Shown: in pieces, positions 1 through 14,400 of the stretch | How positions within the stretch are numbered: the first letter of the stretch is position 1 | Layout: every line of letters starts with the position of its first letter | Notes under the pieces: generated by a model | The model's input: the letters and a program-made list of their open reading frames with translations, nothing else | Databases searched by the model: none | Told to the model about the DNA's origin: nothing | Source: the human T2T-CHM13v2.0 reference genome, Homo sapiens | DNA: 64,000 nucleotides | NCBI RefSeq assembly: GCF_009914755.1 | Contig: NC_060931.1 | Reading direction: 5' to 3' (one strand) | Position numbers and translations under genes: made by a program

Positions 1-734
1 AGCCTGAATTCTTGAGAAAATTCTTTTCTGTGAGGGACGAGCCAGGAGGACTGAGATGGAAGTGAGGATAAAGGAGGTAACAAAGTTGTGTTTGATAGTG
101 ACGCTTCGGACGACGGCCTCAGAGATTCTCCGAATGGCAGGGTGGGAAGGCTATAATGGTCCTAAACTACTTCTTCATGTCCCAGTAAAGAAACTGAGGC
201 ACAGGGAGTCCAGTGGCTCACCCAGGAACCCCAGGTCAGGGCCTTGGACCAGGGCTTGGTAGCTCTGCCTCTGCTGACCCTGGAGGCAGTGACTTCAGGA
301 GGTGAGGAAGCCCTGGGTGCTGCCCAGCCCGAGGCAGGCCTCCTGGGTCAGACGTTCCTGCTGCCTGAGGTCCGTTCATCCCAGCCACCCTCCCCAGCTG
401 CCGGCTCCCCTTGCCTTGCAATTCACATGCCAGCCTCGGGGCTGCCAGCCGAGCTCATCCTTGTGTCCTCCAGCACCCACCACGTCCTCCCTGCCCGCTG
501 CGGGCCTTGGCACCTTTGCCAGGGCTGCCCCCACCCCCAGCCCCAGCTGTCTCGGAGGTGTCAGAGCCTGAGAGTCACCCCCAAGAGCAGCCCTCTCTGA
601 CCCACCAGGCAGGCCATGCGACTGCCTATGTGCTCCTACAGAGGCCTGTGCCCCACCCCGGTCCACAGCTGACCTGTGTGCTGCACACTCACCTCCTTGC
701 TTATCTGTGTGACTCCGGTTGGAGGGCTTTCTCC

Positions 735-838
735 TCACTAGGCTGTCAATTCTGAGGGCATGAACCGAGCCTATCTTGTTTCTGCATCCCTGTGGGGCCC
801 AGCAGGGCCCAGCACCCAACAAATGTGTGTTGAATTGG
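735..838 (+). mobile_element. L2 3' end fragment (degenerate)
   Basis: Ends in cccagcacccaacaaatgtgtgttgaattg, resembling the L2 3' terminus. Confidence 0.5.
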
Positions 839-1030
839 GCCCCCTGAGCCGAGGGTGTGGATTAAACGACCCCCACAGAGCCCTTCTAGCCAAAAGGTCT
901 GCCATCTCAGGGGTGTGTGTGTTGACAGAGAGAGGGAGGGAAATCAATTTAAAGTGAGAGAGAGAAAAAAAAATGCTGCATCTACAGTTCTTATTTATTT
1001 TTCCATTCCAATTTTATGTAATTCACAATA

Positions 1031-1247
1031 AAAAGATGCTCAATGTCATTACTCATTAGGAAAATGCAAATCAAAACCACAGTAAGATAGCACCTCACAC
1101 CCACTAGGATGCTATAATCAAAAACTGGGAAAGAAGTGTCGGTGAGGACGTGGAGAATGGAGGTCCTCACACAGTGCAGCAGGAATGCAGAGTGGTACAG
1201 CTGCTATGGAGAATAGCTTGTTCCCCACAAGTTAAGCATGGAATTAC
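1031..1247 (+). mobile_element. Old L1M ORF2 3' fragment
   Basis: aaaagatgctcaatgtcattactcattaggaaaatgcaaatcaaaaccacagtaagatagcacctcacacc is typical L1 ORF2 C-terminal sequence. Confidence 0.85.
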
Positions 1248-3976
1248 TGATTGGTGGTATCGTTGGATATTCACTGGAATATAATACTCGCCATCATGAC
1301 TGCTACTGTTGTTTTACTCAATAGTTATGAAAAGAGGGAAAAAACAAAGCTTTATAAATTAAATCTATTATATCAACCCTTGAAGGAACACTGTAGTAAA
1401 TTATTTTATAATTGTTCTATAATTCACCCTGTAATTTATTGATCTATAATTCTTTTGGGAGAGGCAGACCTGTATCATTAGCACTGTAACATCAGTTAAC
1501 ACTTCCCTTAAAGCAAAGGATGTAGCAATATCCCCCAAATTAAGTAATAACGTGCAGCTCTTACTGACAGTGTTTTAAATGACACTCTCTTGGGCAAGTA
1601 GAGGCATAATGGCTGGGCTAGTGAAACAAGAAAAAGAAAGAGGAGGGGAGAGAGAGAGAAGGAGATGAAGACAGAGGGAGGAAAGAAGGAAGAGAGAGAG
1701 AAGGGGGAGGTTGGGGTGGGGATAGTTATCTTGAACACTTGAAGCGTGTGGTCAGACACTCAGCCCTTTCAGTGTCACAATGATGAGTGTGTAAGAGTGT
1801 GCGTGTGTGTGTATGTTTAGATGGCTAGGGAATGCGATTCTGAAAGTTTCCAGAGATAGAGAATTGCTCAAAAGGGAATCCCAAACCCAAGTAACAGCCA
1901 ATAAGCTCCATTCCAGGACACATGAGGTTCTAAGAAGGGTGAAGGAGAATTGAGTTGTACTTTACCCGGTTCACTTTCTGGCAAGTGCTTCTTCCAAATA
2001 AGGGTGCACAAGCTACTGCAGAATCCCTAGGGGAAAAGATATTCTAAGACATAGAAACAGAATCTGCAGGGTGACTTAGAGATGTTCTTAGTGGGTAAAG
2101 AACTTCTCGGGCTAGTTTCCTGTCGGAGACACTATCATTCAAAATATCTGACTGCTATTTATTTGGGAGTTCCAAAATTTCCTAAAGTAGGGAATGAAAT
2201 AATGGTAGGACATTTTTAAAATAAAAATGGGTTCTGTGCAGCTAATTGGTTACTAATGTTTAAATTGTGCAGACATATGCCAAGCATCTGAGCTTTTGGA
2301 GAGATAACACATCATCCTTGCTGATAGACTGCTCCATAGCAGACACTGTCGCAAAAGCACCCTCAGAAATGAAACAGCGCGGGCCAGGGAAAATAGTAAA
2401 TTCAACCTCACTCACGAAAAAGTACGAAAACACACCACGTTAGGCATCCGCATGCTCCGTGGAAGCCCAGCCTTCACCTTCAGAGATGTGTCAGGAGGAG
2501 GTGCCACTGCTGTCCCAGTGCCAACCTCGAAAGGCTTAGCCATACCTCTTCCACCCATTTTACACTCGCTGCTCGTGTTTTCAGGCTGTATCCCATCTTG
2601 AAGTGAAGACATTCTTTAAGTTGGCTGCCCCACGGCGTTGGTGGCCATGAGAGGAAACGTGAGGCTCCGTCATTCTGTGATTAGGTGGAGACGTCTGAGG
2701 AGCTGCGTGAGGAGCAGGCAGGTGCTCTGGATGTAACCTGAGACAGCTTTGGCTTGTTTCCTACTGTCCCTTTTAAACCTGTTCTCTGGACACTCTCTGT
2801 CCCTGGATGAAAACCCAGGTGGGACGTATACATTTTCTAATCAGTCCCAGGAAATAAGAAGCGCTTTGGCCACGTGAAGTCAACAAATGCATCCAAAGTC
2901 AGCAATTTAAAATGCCCAGTCTGCTCCAGACACCAAAAACTCTGCCCTGAATAAATCGACCTTTGCCACCCCACCAAGGCCGCTATGGCCACCCAGCTCC
3001 TGCTGCAGCTCCACGGTTCATGACGCTCCTCCTCCAGCTGGCAGCTTAGGTGCCTGATGCCATCAGCCACCACCAAGTATGTCTTTCTTGTTGGGGTTCA
3101 AGGGGCTGTGGGAGGCAGGAGAGATCCAAGGGCAGGCGAGGTCTTACCCGATGACACCATCATAAGTCAGCTTTGGTCCCGCAGCCTGGCCAATGGTTGA
3201 TGCTGCCCTTTCTCCAGTGGGTCAGAGCCCATTGATGGACTTGACACCTGTATCCCTGGAGGGTCTGTCCTCAGCAGTGGGCTGCAGCCCAGGTGAATTC
3301 ACTCCTCTCCCAAACTTGCTCCCTCCCTAAATGCCTCCAGGAATCTGAAGACCATCAACAGGTTCTTTGGAAAGAGTTAATAGGAAAACTTCTGGAGAAA
3401 CGGATACAGAAAAAGACAGAAGATACAACAAAGAAATGTTAGTCATGAGTAAAGAAACAGGATGCCAGATATAATTCTTAAAATGATTTAATGCCAAAAA
3501 TGGGAACACGTGGACAAAGATAACTTTTTATAGTATAACTTAGAAGAACTTGAATATAAATAGAATTCCTGAAGAATCTGTTCACTATTAAAGAAACCAA
3601 AGCCATAGTTAAGGGTTTTCCTAGAAAGAAAACACAAAGCAAGATAGTTTTTACAAGTGAGTCCTAACAAATTTTCAGGAAACAGGTCATTGCAATCTCA
3701 TGCAATCTTATTTTTCTAGGGAATAAAAAGAGGACTATCTCCACCTTATTCCATGAGGGTAGTGTAACCTTCCTGTTGAATTGAGGCAAGACTAACCTTA
3801 TTCATGAATATACATGCCAAAATCCTAAACGAAATATTAGTGAATCGGCCCCAGCAGTGAATAAGAAAATACCTCATGCCATGGCCATGTTTGATTTATT
3901 TTAGAAATTCAAGAGTGTTCTAATATTTGAAAATTCATGAACTTCATTCATCATATCAAAAGATTAAAGAAGAGCA

Positions 3977-4260
3977 GGCTGGGCACGGTGGCTCATGCCT
4001 GTAATCCCAGCACTTTGAGAAGCCGAAGAGGGTGGATCACCTGAGGTCAGGAGTTCAAAACCAGCCTGGCCAACATGATGAAACCCTGTCTCTACTAAAA
4101 GTACAAAAATTATCCTGACATGGTAGCAGGTGCCTGTAATCCCAGCTACTTGGGAGGTTGAGGCAGGAGAATCGATTGAGCCTGGGAGGCAGAGGTTGCT
4201 GTGAGCTGGATCACACCACTGCGCTCCAGGCTGGGTGACAGAGTGAGACTCTGTCTCAAA
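3977..4260 (+). mobile_element. AluS (Sx-like), full length
   Basis: Dimeric Alu sequence from ggctgggcacggtggctcatgcc to gagactctgtctc. Confidence 0.97.
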
Positions 4261-4376
4261 ATAGAAAGAGAAAGAGAGAGAGAGAAAGAGAAAGAAAAAG
4301 AAAGAAAGAAAGAGAAAGAGGAAGGAAGGAGAAGAAAGAAAGAAAGAGAGAGAGAGAAGGAAAAAGAAAGAAAGAA

Positions 4377-4436
<60 letters not shown>

Positions 4437-4447
4437 AAAAGAAAGAG
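4258..4447 (+). repeat. (GAAA)n/(GA)n purine tract expanded from the Alu tail
   Basis: About 190 bp, almost entirely A/G. Confidence 0.95.
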
Positions 4448-5862
4448 TATTACCTGGTTATCTCAAATGGAGAAAACACATTTGATCTCATCAAACATCA
4501 TCCAAGCTAGGAATAGAAGGACACGTCTTCAGTCTGGCAGAGTGTGTATGAAATACTTCCCATGAACATCGTTCTTCATGAGAAAACCGTGGAAGGAACA
4601 TTCCCTCCAAATCAGGCCCAGGCCAGATAGGCCCAGTGGCTGCCGTCAGCACCGCCCCGGACATCAGAGGTAATGCTATAAGGAAGCTGGAATGTGTTAA
4701 AGTCAGAGGCTTGGAAAGGAAGAAATAAAGCCAGTATTGACTCCAAAGATAGAACTGGCCATAGGGAAAATCCAGTCCACATGGGAAAAGACATTAGTCT
4801 CACTGGTCATCAGCTGCATGTAAACGGAGCACAGTGAGACCCACTCTATGTCTACTCTACAAGCAAAAGTTAAGAGTTCTGACAATACCAAAGTTTAGAG
4901 AGCATGTGGACCCTTGAATCACAGAGAGAAACTTGCACAACCTCTTTGGAAAGCAACTTGTTATCATGTTGTGAAGGTGAGGGTTTGCCTAGACACAACA
5001 ATCCCACCTCAGGGTACATATCCCAGAGAAAGCCTCACGCCTGCACCTGAAGAAGCATTCAGTGTGTGAATAGCAGGAGAGTCTGCAATAGTCAAAGAAA
5101 CAATTCCGGTGTTCTCAGTTGGGGAATGGACAAATTGTGGCAGAGTCACATAAAGGAATGTTATGCAGCTGCAAATGGATGGATAGCGGCTCTATGCAGT
5201 AACAGCTAAATCTCACCATTATCCACATATTTCTAGAAGAATAGGAGCAGGCAAAGCAGCTGGGAGAAAATCGTCCAGCATACATGACAGACGCCAAGAG
5301 CAGAGACTCAGGTATAGGCCAGAGGTGAGCAGATTGGAGAGGTGCTTAGGGGTCACGTGAAGAGGGCGTGGTAATCCACTCGCTATGGGAAGTGCCGTGC
5401 TGAGGCCTGGGTTTCATGGGTTAGGTGATGCTGTTCTCTGAGAGGGGAGACAGGAGGAGGGGGAGACAGGAGGGGGAGGGAGAAGGGGGCATGACGTAGA
5501 TCCAGATAGGGTGGGGAGAGACACACTGAGAAGGGAATGAGGGGAGACCACGCAGAGAGCAAGAAAGACACATGGCCAGGAGGCATACGTGCCAAGACCC
5601 CAAGGCAGGAGACGGTTTACTGTGTTCAGAAACATTCAGAATCCCAGAAGCCTGGAAAGACGCAAGGTGTGGGAGGCAGCTGAGATGGGAACAGCCTGGG
5701 AGCAGCAAGCACTCAGCAAATGTTAGCGATCGTCCTCTCTCAGCTTCTCAAAGTGCCTCAGTGTATCAGGTATCCCAGCTTCAGAAGCATGGAGAGATTG
5801 CCCTTCAGTAATTCCAACAGTTACTGGAATAACACAAATAATCATTTCTTAATTTATGTTGA

Positions 5863-6191
<329 letters not shown>

Positions 6192-6639
6192 CTCATTTCT
6201 TAATTTATTTCTACATTACTGAATTTTCCCCCTCAGGCTATGTAAGTTACGTGTAAATCAGTATTCTGTCTCATTCAAGCTTCTTCTTTCAAGCCTAAAA
6301 TTTCCAATTTATCAAATTTTTTTCTAAACAAGGAGCAATAATGATGAGATAGAATGGCATGTTGATATAGTTATCCCAAAACCCAAAATTAGACTTTCAT
6401 CTACAAAACAAACCCACAAAATCCATTAGCATGCTATTCATTTTGCCATTTTCCTCTGGGTCGAGCCCATTTCAAAAAGAACCTTCATTACATAAAATCA
6501 CAGAATACCTGTCCCACAGCGAGAAAGAGATAGATCAGGTAATTGAAGCCACGGGTAATCCAGAAACCTCATTTCAGTTCAATTTCAAACCCTTCTGTCA
6601 TCAGTACTTTATATCCACACTCAGGTAACGAAATTGGTT

Positions 6640-6745
6640 GATTTATGAACTTGGACAAGTTCCTTGATCTCTCTAGGCCTCCATATCCTCAGTCGTCAAG
6701 TGGAGAGGCTGACAGATGGTCCCTGCAAAACCCCAACAGTCCCAG
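6640..6745 (+). mobile_element. MIR fragment
   Basis: tgaacttggacaagttccttgatctctctaggcctc resembles the MIR core. Confidence 0.55.
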
Positions 6746-7306
6746 CACCCACACCTCTCCTCCCATCCCCATAGGCTGGAGTGCTGTTGAAGAGACCTCA
6801 AAAATCGATCATCAATGGATTAGCAAAAAAGACATTGAAACTTAGATTCAGAATTTACGCATTTTCAGGCTATAAAATATCATGCCTAAGAGTAAGACAG
6901 TACCAGCCAAGAAAGTAGGATATTGTGACTTTATTCTGTGCCAACCATAAATAAAAGGAGAGAAAAGCTAAATAGAGAGGGCTGTAAGTGAGTGTCAGGA
7001 GATACTCATCTAGGAGATGACTCTGTGGTAGAAGAGAAAGAAGAGATAGAGGACAACAAATAGAACCCAGTATATAGGATATACACCCACGTTTTCAAAG
7101 TGCAACAAAAATGTTTAGAATGTCACCAACTTTAACTGCTTAATTTACCAAAGACTGTCAACTCAGTTTAGTGGCTAATACTTTTTATAGTTATTTGTTC
7201 TGAGTTTAATCACAACAAAGTGCAAGAAATTCTTTCCCCAAAATTCACATTACACCCAACTTTGCCAGAACACATAGCATCAATAAGGAAGGGAACCGAC
7301 ATAGAC

Positions 7307-7492
7307 CAGTGGTTCCGCAATCTTGGCTGTGGACTGGAATCACCAAATCTTTTCTGCGGGTTTTTTAAAGGCTACTGCCAGAGCTCCACCCTAGGGAGTC
7401 TGATTTAATTGCACTGGGGTGAAACCTAGGCTTTGAAATTTAAAGAAAAATCCCAAATGATGCTCACATGCAGCCCAACTTGAGAATCACTG
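7307..7492. mobile_element. MER5-type hAT-Charlie DNA transposon
   Basis: Terminal inverted repeats cagtggtt...aatcactg, about 186 bp, internal tctgatttaattg motif. Confidence 0.8.
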
Positions 7493-7927
7493 AATGGTCC
7501 AAAGACAGGAAGCAAACAGAGGTGGGACATATAACAGGATGGCCCGCCCATGTCAATCAAACAAGGAAGGAGACACAGGCCAAGCCAACTCAAAGCATCC
7601 CCTTCCTATCCTGCAGAAGTGCAAGAGGAAGAGAGGCCTCAGTTCCACGGAGCACTCAGTTCCAGTCCGGTAACCAGATCATGATCTTGCCATTTCTTTT
7701 CTTCAAGCAGGTTTTCCCACTGCAAAGGATGCAAATATATTACCAATCCATCCAAAATATATAGGTCTGATTGTCTGATAGCTCTTTTAAATTTTCTTTT
7801 AACTGACTAAAGTATGTGAAAACTGTGCCTCACGCTGATAATTTTCCAGCTTGGGTCGATAATTTTCAGGCAGGGTCGAGGTCACTGGCTCCCAACCCAC
7901 ACACGTGGGCAGTTGTTTCAGCCCCGG

Positions 7928-8055
7928 GTGGGATTCAAATCCCAGCTTTGAAAATTATCAGCTATGTGCCCTGAGACAACTCCATGACCTGAGTGTTTCG
8001 CATGCGGATAAAATGAAGACCCTACTATCTGCTGCACGGAGCTGGTGTGGGGGAC
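7928..8055 (+). mobile_element. MIR fragment
   Basis: ggattcaaatcccagct...agctatgtgccctgagacaa...taaaatgaaga. Confidence 0.65.
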
Positions 8056-8444
8056 CCGGCAGGCATTCTCTTACGGCTGCATATCCATCGGTGCCACATT
8101 TTGATGGTCTGGAGGGAAAGCCCAGACAACATCATGGATAGAATACAGAGGCTACAATACAGAGATGCTGTAATTGTCTGATTAATTTCAACCAGCATTT
8201 TAAACGCAGGGTCTCTACTGTGCTTATAGGAAGAAAAAGATTCATGAAATCAAAGTGTCCCTTTATCCAGAATACTCATTCAGAAAGCCTAAAAGTGAGG
8301 CTCATGCCGCTGGCCAGCCACCCACCCTTCCAGCCCCAGCTGTGTGCAGACCCATGCTCTGCGGAGGACATTGCCCCCACCCCCTTCTCCCCTCCACCCT
8401 GCTTCACTGAGTTGGGTGTCTTTGTGCCTCGAACGCTGAGATAT

Positions 8445-9590
8445 TGAGCAGGGAAAGTGAATGGGTGCTTTTACAAATATGCATTGATTTTGTAATCAGA
8501 GAAAATTAATAATACATATTTTTAAAAGAAAAACTCAGTGGTCTAGAGTATAGGCATGCTCATGAAATACTGACGGAAGTGCAGATGGGTCAAAACATTC
8601 TGACGGAAATTTAAATTTTTTCTGGCCAGGTGTGGTGGCTTACGCCTGTAATCTCAGCACTTTGGGAGGCAGAAGCAGGTGAATCACTTGAGGCCAGGAG
8701 TTCAAGACCAGCCTGGCCAACATGGCAAAACCCCGTCTCTGCTAAAAATGCAAAACTTAGCCAGACATGGTGGCATATGCCTGTAATCTCAGCTACTTGG
8801 GAGGCTGAGGCAAGAGAATTGCTCGAACCCGGGAGGCAGAGCTTACTGTAAGCCGATATCACACCACTGTACTCTAACCTGGTAGACAGAGTGGGACTCC
8901 GTCTCAAAAAAAGAAAAGGAAATTTAAACTTTTTCCAAATAAGCATTTTGGTTAGACCTACCCTTTGACACTGCAATTTCACATCTAAGAATCTGTTTTC
9001 AGGAGATAATTTAGGATGTATGCAAAGATTGAGCCACAAGACTGCTTATCTCAGCATTGGTTTTCATAGAAAAAATAAAAAATTTGATATTCAACAATAG
9101 GGAATTGTTGGGAGAAATTATGATCTAGTCATGGGAGAAATAAACACTGGGTATTAAAAATTACATCTGAATGCTCAAGTAGTGCTCTTAATTCTCTTCT
9201 TAAAATTTCTGAATCTCCTGAAAATTTTCCATAGGTATGTTTATCATCAAAATAAACTCTACAGTGTTGTGGAAAAATAGTTTTTAACATAGAAAGATGC
9301 TAATAATATATTATTAAGCAACATTTACAAAAAAGAATTTGTAGTCTGTAAATTTATGTAAATATATGTGCCTATGTACACACATATATTTATATGTTAT
9401 AGTAATAATTAGATGAAAGACAGAAGCCCAGAAGTTCATTTATTACATCAGAATGTCAATGTATCTGTCTCTTAATAGCTGAGTTGTGGGCAGATTTTAT
9501 TACCTCTTATTTGCTTATCTATATTTTCTACCAAGAGCACATGCTATTAATAATTAAGTACTAATTTTTTTGAATAATGAGTTATTTTAA
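8445..9590 (+). mobile_element. L1ME-type 3' fragments flanking an Alu
   Basis: accctttgacactgcaatttcacatctaagaatc and ttcaacaatagggaattg resemble old L1 3' ends. Confidence 0.55.
8624..8917 (+). mobile_element. Alu (S/J-type), full length, with TSD
   Basis: Alu body; ggaaatttaaa(t/c)tttttc is repeated on both sides. Confidence 0.96.
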
Positions 9591-10004
9591 GTAAGTATTT
9601 ATGGAATATCTCAGGCCTTGTTGCAAATATGATGAAAATGACACTCTTCGTGAAAAGCAAAAGCTAACAGATGATATTCACAGAGAAACACACAAGTGGC
9701 TGTAAACGCAGGATGTGGTGCTGTGGGAGGAGCCAAGGGCCCAGGGAAGGGGATGGGACAGTGCAGGGTCCTGAGGAAGCGTGGGCTCAGTGGGGAGCAC
9801 GTGGGCGAGGGGTATTCTCATGAGAGAACAGCGCCTGTGCAGAGAAGCACCGTAGCCGGCCCCTGCCTGAACACAGCCCCTAACAGCCCCTCTCTGCTGC
9901 AGAATCCAGGAGGACTCCGCCTGAGCACCTCCCGATCTTCCCCACCACTCAGCCTCAGCCTCCCCACAAGGCCTTCCCCGCCCCAGGCAGGCAAGCCCCT
10001 ACAC

Positions 10005-10178
10005 GCTGCCACACCACACCCTCTGCTTCTCCATGATGATAGCAACCACACTGCAACTTAATTACTTGACTATAGGTTCAGGAGGGCAAGGGCTGCCACA
10101 CCACACTCTCTGCTTCTCTATGACAATAGCAACCATGTTTCACCTTCATTACTTGACTCAAGGTTCAGAGGGCAAGGG
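10005..10178 (+). repeat. Two-copy ~87-bp tandem duplication
   Basis: gctgccacaccacac...ggttcag(g)agggcaagg begins at 10005 and again at 10092. Confidence 0.9.
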
Positions 10179-10184
10179 CTACCT

Positions 10185-10280
10185 AAGTTTTGTTTGCAGC
10201 CACATCCCTCCCACCTACAAGGGTGTCTGGCACACAGTAGAGACTCAGCACACATTCTTTGAATAAAAATGAATGATGTG
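10185..10280 (+). mobile_element. L2 3' end
   Basis: gtgtctggcacacagtagagactcagcacacattctttgaataaaaatgaatga. Confidence 0.65.
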
Positions 10281-10877
10281 CCTGTTAATTGTCCACTAGG
10301 CAAATCAACAAGGCTGTCACAAGAATAAAGCTTCACAGGATAAAAGCTTGCAAAAGCTAACAGCTATGGGCTTTTTGGATTTAATTTACACACTCCTTTT
10401 CACAGGCACCAACGACTTATGTGAGTGGCTCAGTTTTCTTCTCTAGTTATATCTGGTTAACTGAAATCATGCACGGGCCATGAAAATATACAACGAGCCT
10501 CTCTCTCTCTTGCAGTAGGTTGTCTGAAAGTGGGGCTCATAGGAAAAGGCAGAAATCCTTCCCTGACTCTTAAGTAACCTCCCTGCCATTTACTATCAGG
10601 GATTGAAATCCAAACATGAGTCATTTATTTAAATTTAAGGCCTATGCTAAAATTCAAATATATTTTCAGAGAGGTGATTAGCAATATTACACCATAATCA
10701 ACCATCAACATTTGTAACTAATGGGTTCTCTTTCACTTACAGTCTATCCAAATGGGATTTCAGATGGCTTACAACAATATAGACATAATATGACCAAAAT
10801 TAACCAACACTGAGAAAAAAAAAGGAAGTAAAGACTGACCGTAGGGGTAAGGAAGGTCACTATGTCTTTCTACCTAC

Positions 10878-10953
10878 ATGGGTGGGTGGGTGGGTGGATG
10901 GATGGAAGGATGGAGGGATGGATGGATGGACAGATAGATGAGATAGATAGATG

Positions 10954-11020
<67 letters not shown>

Positions 11021-11138
11021 CGACAGACAGACAGATAGATGCATGGATGGATGGATGGACAGATTAGATAGATAGATAAGATAGATAGACAGATAGACAG
11101 ACAGACAGATAGATGCATGGATGGATGGATGGACAGAT

Positions 11139-11206
<68 letters not shown>

Positions 11207-11235
11207 TAGATGCATGGATGGATGGATGGACAGAT

Positions 11236-11283
<48 letters not shown>

Positions 11284-11298
11284 AAATCAATAGAGGAG

Positions 11299-11334
<36 letters not shown>

Positions 11335-11418
11335 ATGGATGGATGGACAGATGGATGGATGGATGGATGGATGGATGGATGGATGGATGCATGCATGGAT
11401 GGACAGACAGATGGATAG

Positions 11419-11469
<51 letters not shown>

Positions 11470-11470
11470 G
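10878..11470 (+). repeat. Compound tetranucleotide STR (GGAT)n/(AGAT)n/(AGAC)n
   Basis: About 590 bp, directly visible, with repeated higher-order cassettes. Confidence 0.98.
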
Positions 11471-14400
11471 TTGCAGAAATTAAATGCAAAACTTTGCTCT
11501 GAATAAGCTCCCCGGCAGTCAGGCTAGAGTTACTTTGTCCATATTTGGAGGAAATACACAGCTAATGTGAAGCTGGGGTTCTTCTTGGTCATGAGCTATC
11601 AGAGGGACACTGAGCAAAGGAATTCTGAACAATACCGTCAATGGAAGTTTTATTAAAATGCAAATTTAAGTTACATATGGCTGTTTCTTTTATTGGCCTT
11701 CTGGGCATAATGTAAAAGCATAATTATGCACAGTTACTTCTCCAGGGTCAGAATGATACAGTGCAGGTCACGGAGCCTTATCTATCTTGAAAAATAGAGA
11801 TATCAATGGGGAATGATATAAATTATTAGCACTTCCCTTAAGTATCTTTTATACATCCTCATTTCAGTCAAGCCTTCCATAAGAGTTACAGGGAAGGCTG
11901 TTCAAAATGAGAGATTTTTCAGCCACGTAGATGGCAAAGATTATTTCACTGGCACAGGAACCTGGCTTGTGTCCTTGCCAAAGTGGAGGGCAGCACCTTT
12001 CTGCAGGGAGGTGAGAAGCCCGAGAAACCCTAGGCAGGCTCAGTGTTTGTGGCTTCATAGTGATTTCTTGGAGCTAAAGTTCTCTACCAAAGAAGTATGA
12101 CCTAGTTAATCTGTGTTATGGGTGATATCGCCAAGTTCCCACCTACAGAACTTTCGTGCGCGTCTTGTATTATATGTGCCAGTAGATTGCATACAAAATG
12201 AACAGCTGAATAAGTAAACTTATTTAATAGAATTATTTCATAATATCCATCTAAATGCCAAAGGAAAATCACCAGCAATGATTATTTCTGTTTGGACATA
12301 ATCCCAATCCACACGACATTCTTGCCCATAATTTGCTAAATCAAGGGCTCTTGGACACCACTCCAGAAAGCATGGATGCAGGACTGGGATCACCAGCCAG
12401 CCGTGAAAGCACTCAGTTCATCTGAACTGTGTAGAAATGTGAAAGTATGCATTAGAAGTAAAAGGAGTTAAGTCTCAATGTTGGTTTACACCATTTGATG
12501 TAGAAATTTGATGAATTAGAAAATCATTTTTGCCCTCCTGATTCTCATGATGGCATTAGGATAAAATGTCTAAAAAACCATTTAAAAGCTTAAATCAATA
12601 TTAAGATCATTCGAATTGCCCAATTAATAATTTCTGTCAATCGAGTCAAAGGTTGATGGTAGATACATAAATTCTATGAAATGTCTTGAAAGATTCTTGA
12701 CACGCGCTTTCTATTATTAAAGCAATTGGTGTTTTGCAATTAGAGCTCGGAATTAGGAAGGAGCAGCAACGGAAGAGAAAGTGATCCGGGATATGTCTTA
12801 AAGGACAGATGAGCCCAGGTAGCCACCACAATTTGGGACCCTGGGTATGCTGGTGCCACTTGGCAAGGGACATCTGACGCATGTCAAGTTAGCAGAATGG
12901 TTCTCTCAAAACCGTACTTGGCTACTGAGGGGGAGTTGGGGGATGCGGGGACTGCTTCCCCTCACCACTCTCCACCACCCTCAAAGGAAGCATCGGTCTC
13001 CCAATCCTCCTCCGCACAGCGGGTGAAAATCTGCAATAAAGCGGCGTCTCAGAGCGGGTTTCACCTGTTAATTTTTCAACAGGCTCAGCCTGGCTGACCT
13101 GCACCTCGCAGGTCATGGGGTTCTCACCTATTTTTTGAGTCTGGTTTTAACACCCTCACCAAACTTAAACAGCTAGCTGGAAAAATCTGACTCTGGCCAA
13201 GATTAATAAGAGGAGTATCTCCTTTTGAGATTATAATGGATTTTCATATGCAGAATTTTTTTAATATTCTACTAGGTACATGACACGGTTTTAAATTCAT
13301 ATTGAACTGAAGCAGGATGCCTTCCTAGATAATGGTTACCGGCTGCATTTTTAAATAGCAACTTTCAGGGTGTAACTTTTCCATTAATCACACAGGCACA
13401 CACTTAAAAACGCTTACTCATCATACACCAATTACACAGTTGCCACCAAAAAAGTATTTTTTTCTAAACTTTAGAAATTAGAAAATCTTGAATGTTGCTC
13501 TAATACAGAATTTGGGTCTAAAATAGTATAAAATGTTTTCTCCCCAAGCCAAACTTTCATAATTACACTTCAATCACGTTCTTGGGTAATTATCAATGAT
13601 GGTCCTAAAAAAAAACATAAACTGACAAGGCAAATTAGTGCTGGTGAGATTCTGTCAAGAGTGTAATCATCTACCCGTCTCCATCCCCGCTTCCTTCCTG
13701 GGTGAGCCCACCCGATCCCACTACTTGGCTTAAAGCAACCTCCTTCCTGCAACCTTCCCTATCTCAGCTCGCCGCCCAGATCCAAGGGACAGAGGCAGGC
13801 CCTTCCCCTCAGCAGGACAGACACGCTAGCCTCACCCCAGACTTCAGCGTGCAAGGCCACCTCTGCTTGCACCTGACCTGCTGTGCCCCGGCCTTCCCGC
13901 TCATGCCTCCTTGGTGTCCCTAAGCCTCTCTGCTCCCCACCTTTGCACAGCTCACTCCTTCTGCCTGCTCTGACCTCCGTTCAACTGGCACCTCTTCTGT
14001 GAGTTCTTCCCTAGCCCCCATCTGAACCAGCCCCTGGCTGTCTCTCCCCAGCACACCTTTTGCTCCTTCACAGCCCTGCTCACTGTCCCCACTGCCAACC
14101 CACTGTTCACTTGCCTGGGCTTTGTGTCCCCAGCAGGACGCAGGCTCCGTGAGAGCCGGGCCAGTGGGACTGCTCATCCCAGAAGCCCCCGCCAGAGAGC
14201 ACCTTCAGGGCGGACCCCCAGCAGTGTGTCAAGTGGGTGCATGTGTGCGGATGGGTGCAGGGGCTGTGGTATTGAGGAAGACATGGTGTGGTTAGATAGC
14301 AAATGCCCACAGCCTGGACAATGCGATTCCCACCTGAGACACCATTGCCTAAGGGGCCCAGAGGCTTGGCTTTGATGAACAGGGGTTTGTACGGACAACA

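Larger units (their letters stand above)
3360..5300 (+). mobile_element. Highly degenerate L1M (ORF2 RT region to 3' end), interrupted by an Alu
   Basis: atgaatatacatgccaaaatcctaaacgaaatattag (L1 RT-like); later aatcccacctcagggtacatatcccagagaaa and gaatggacaaattgtgg (L1 3' region). Confidence 0.7.

Noticed and set aside
4201-4485. Lys/Glu/Arg-rich ORF
   Set aside because: Translation of the Alu end and its GAAA tail.
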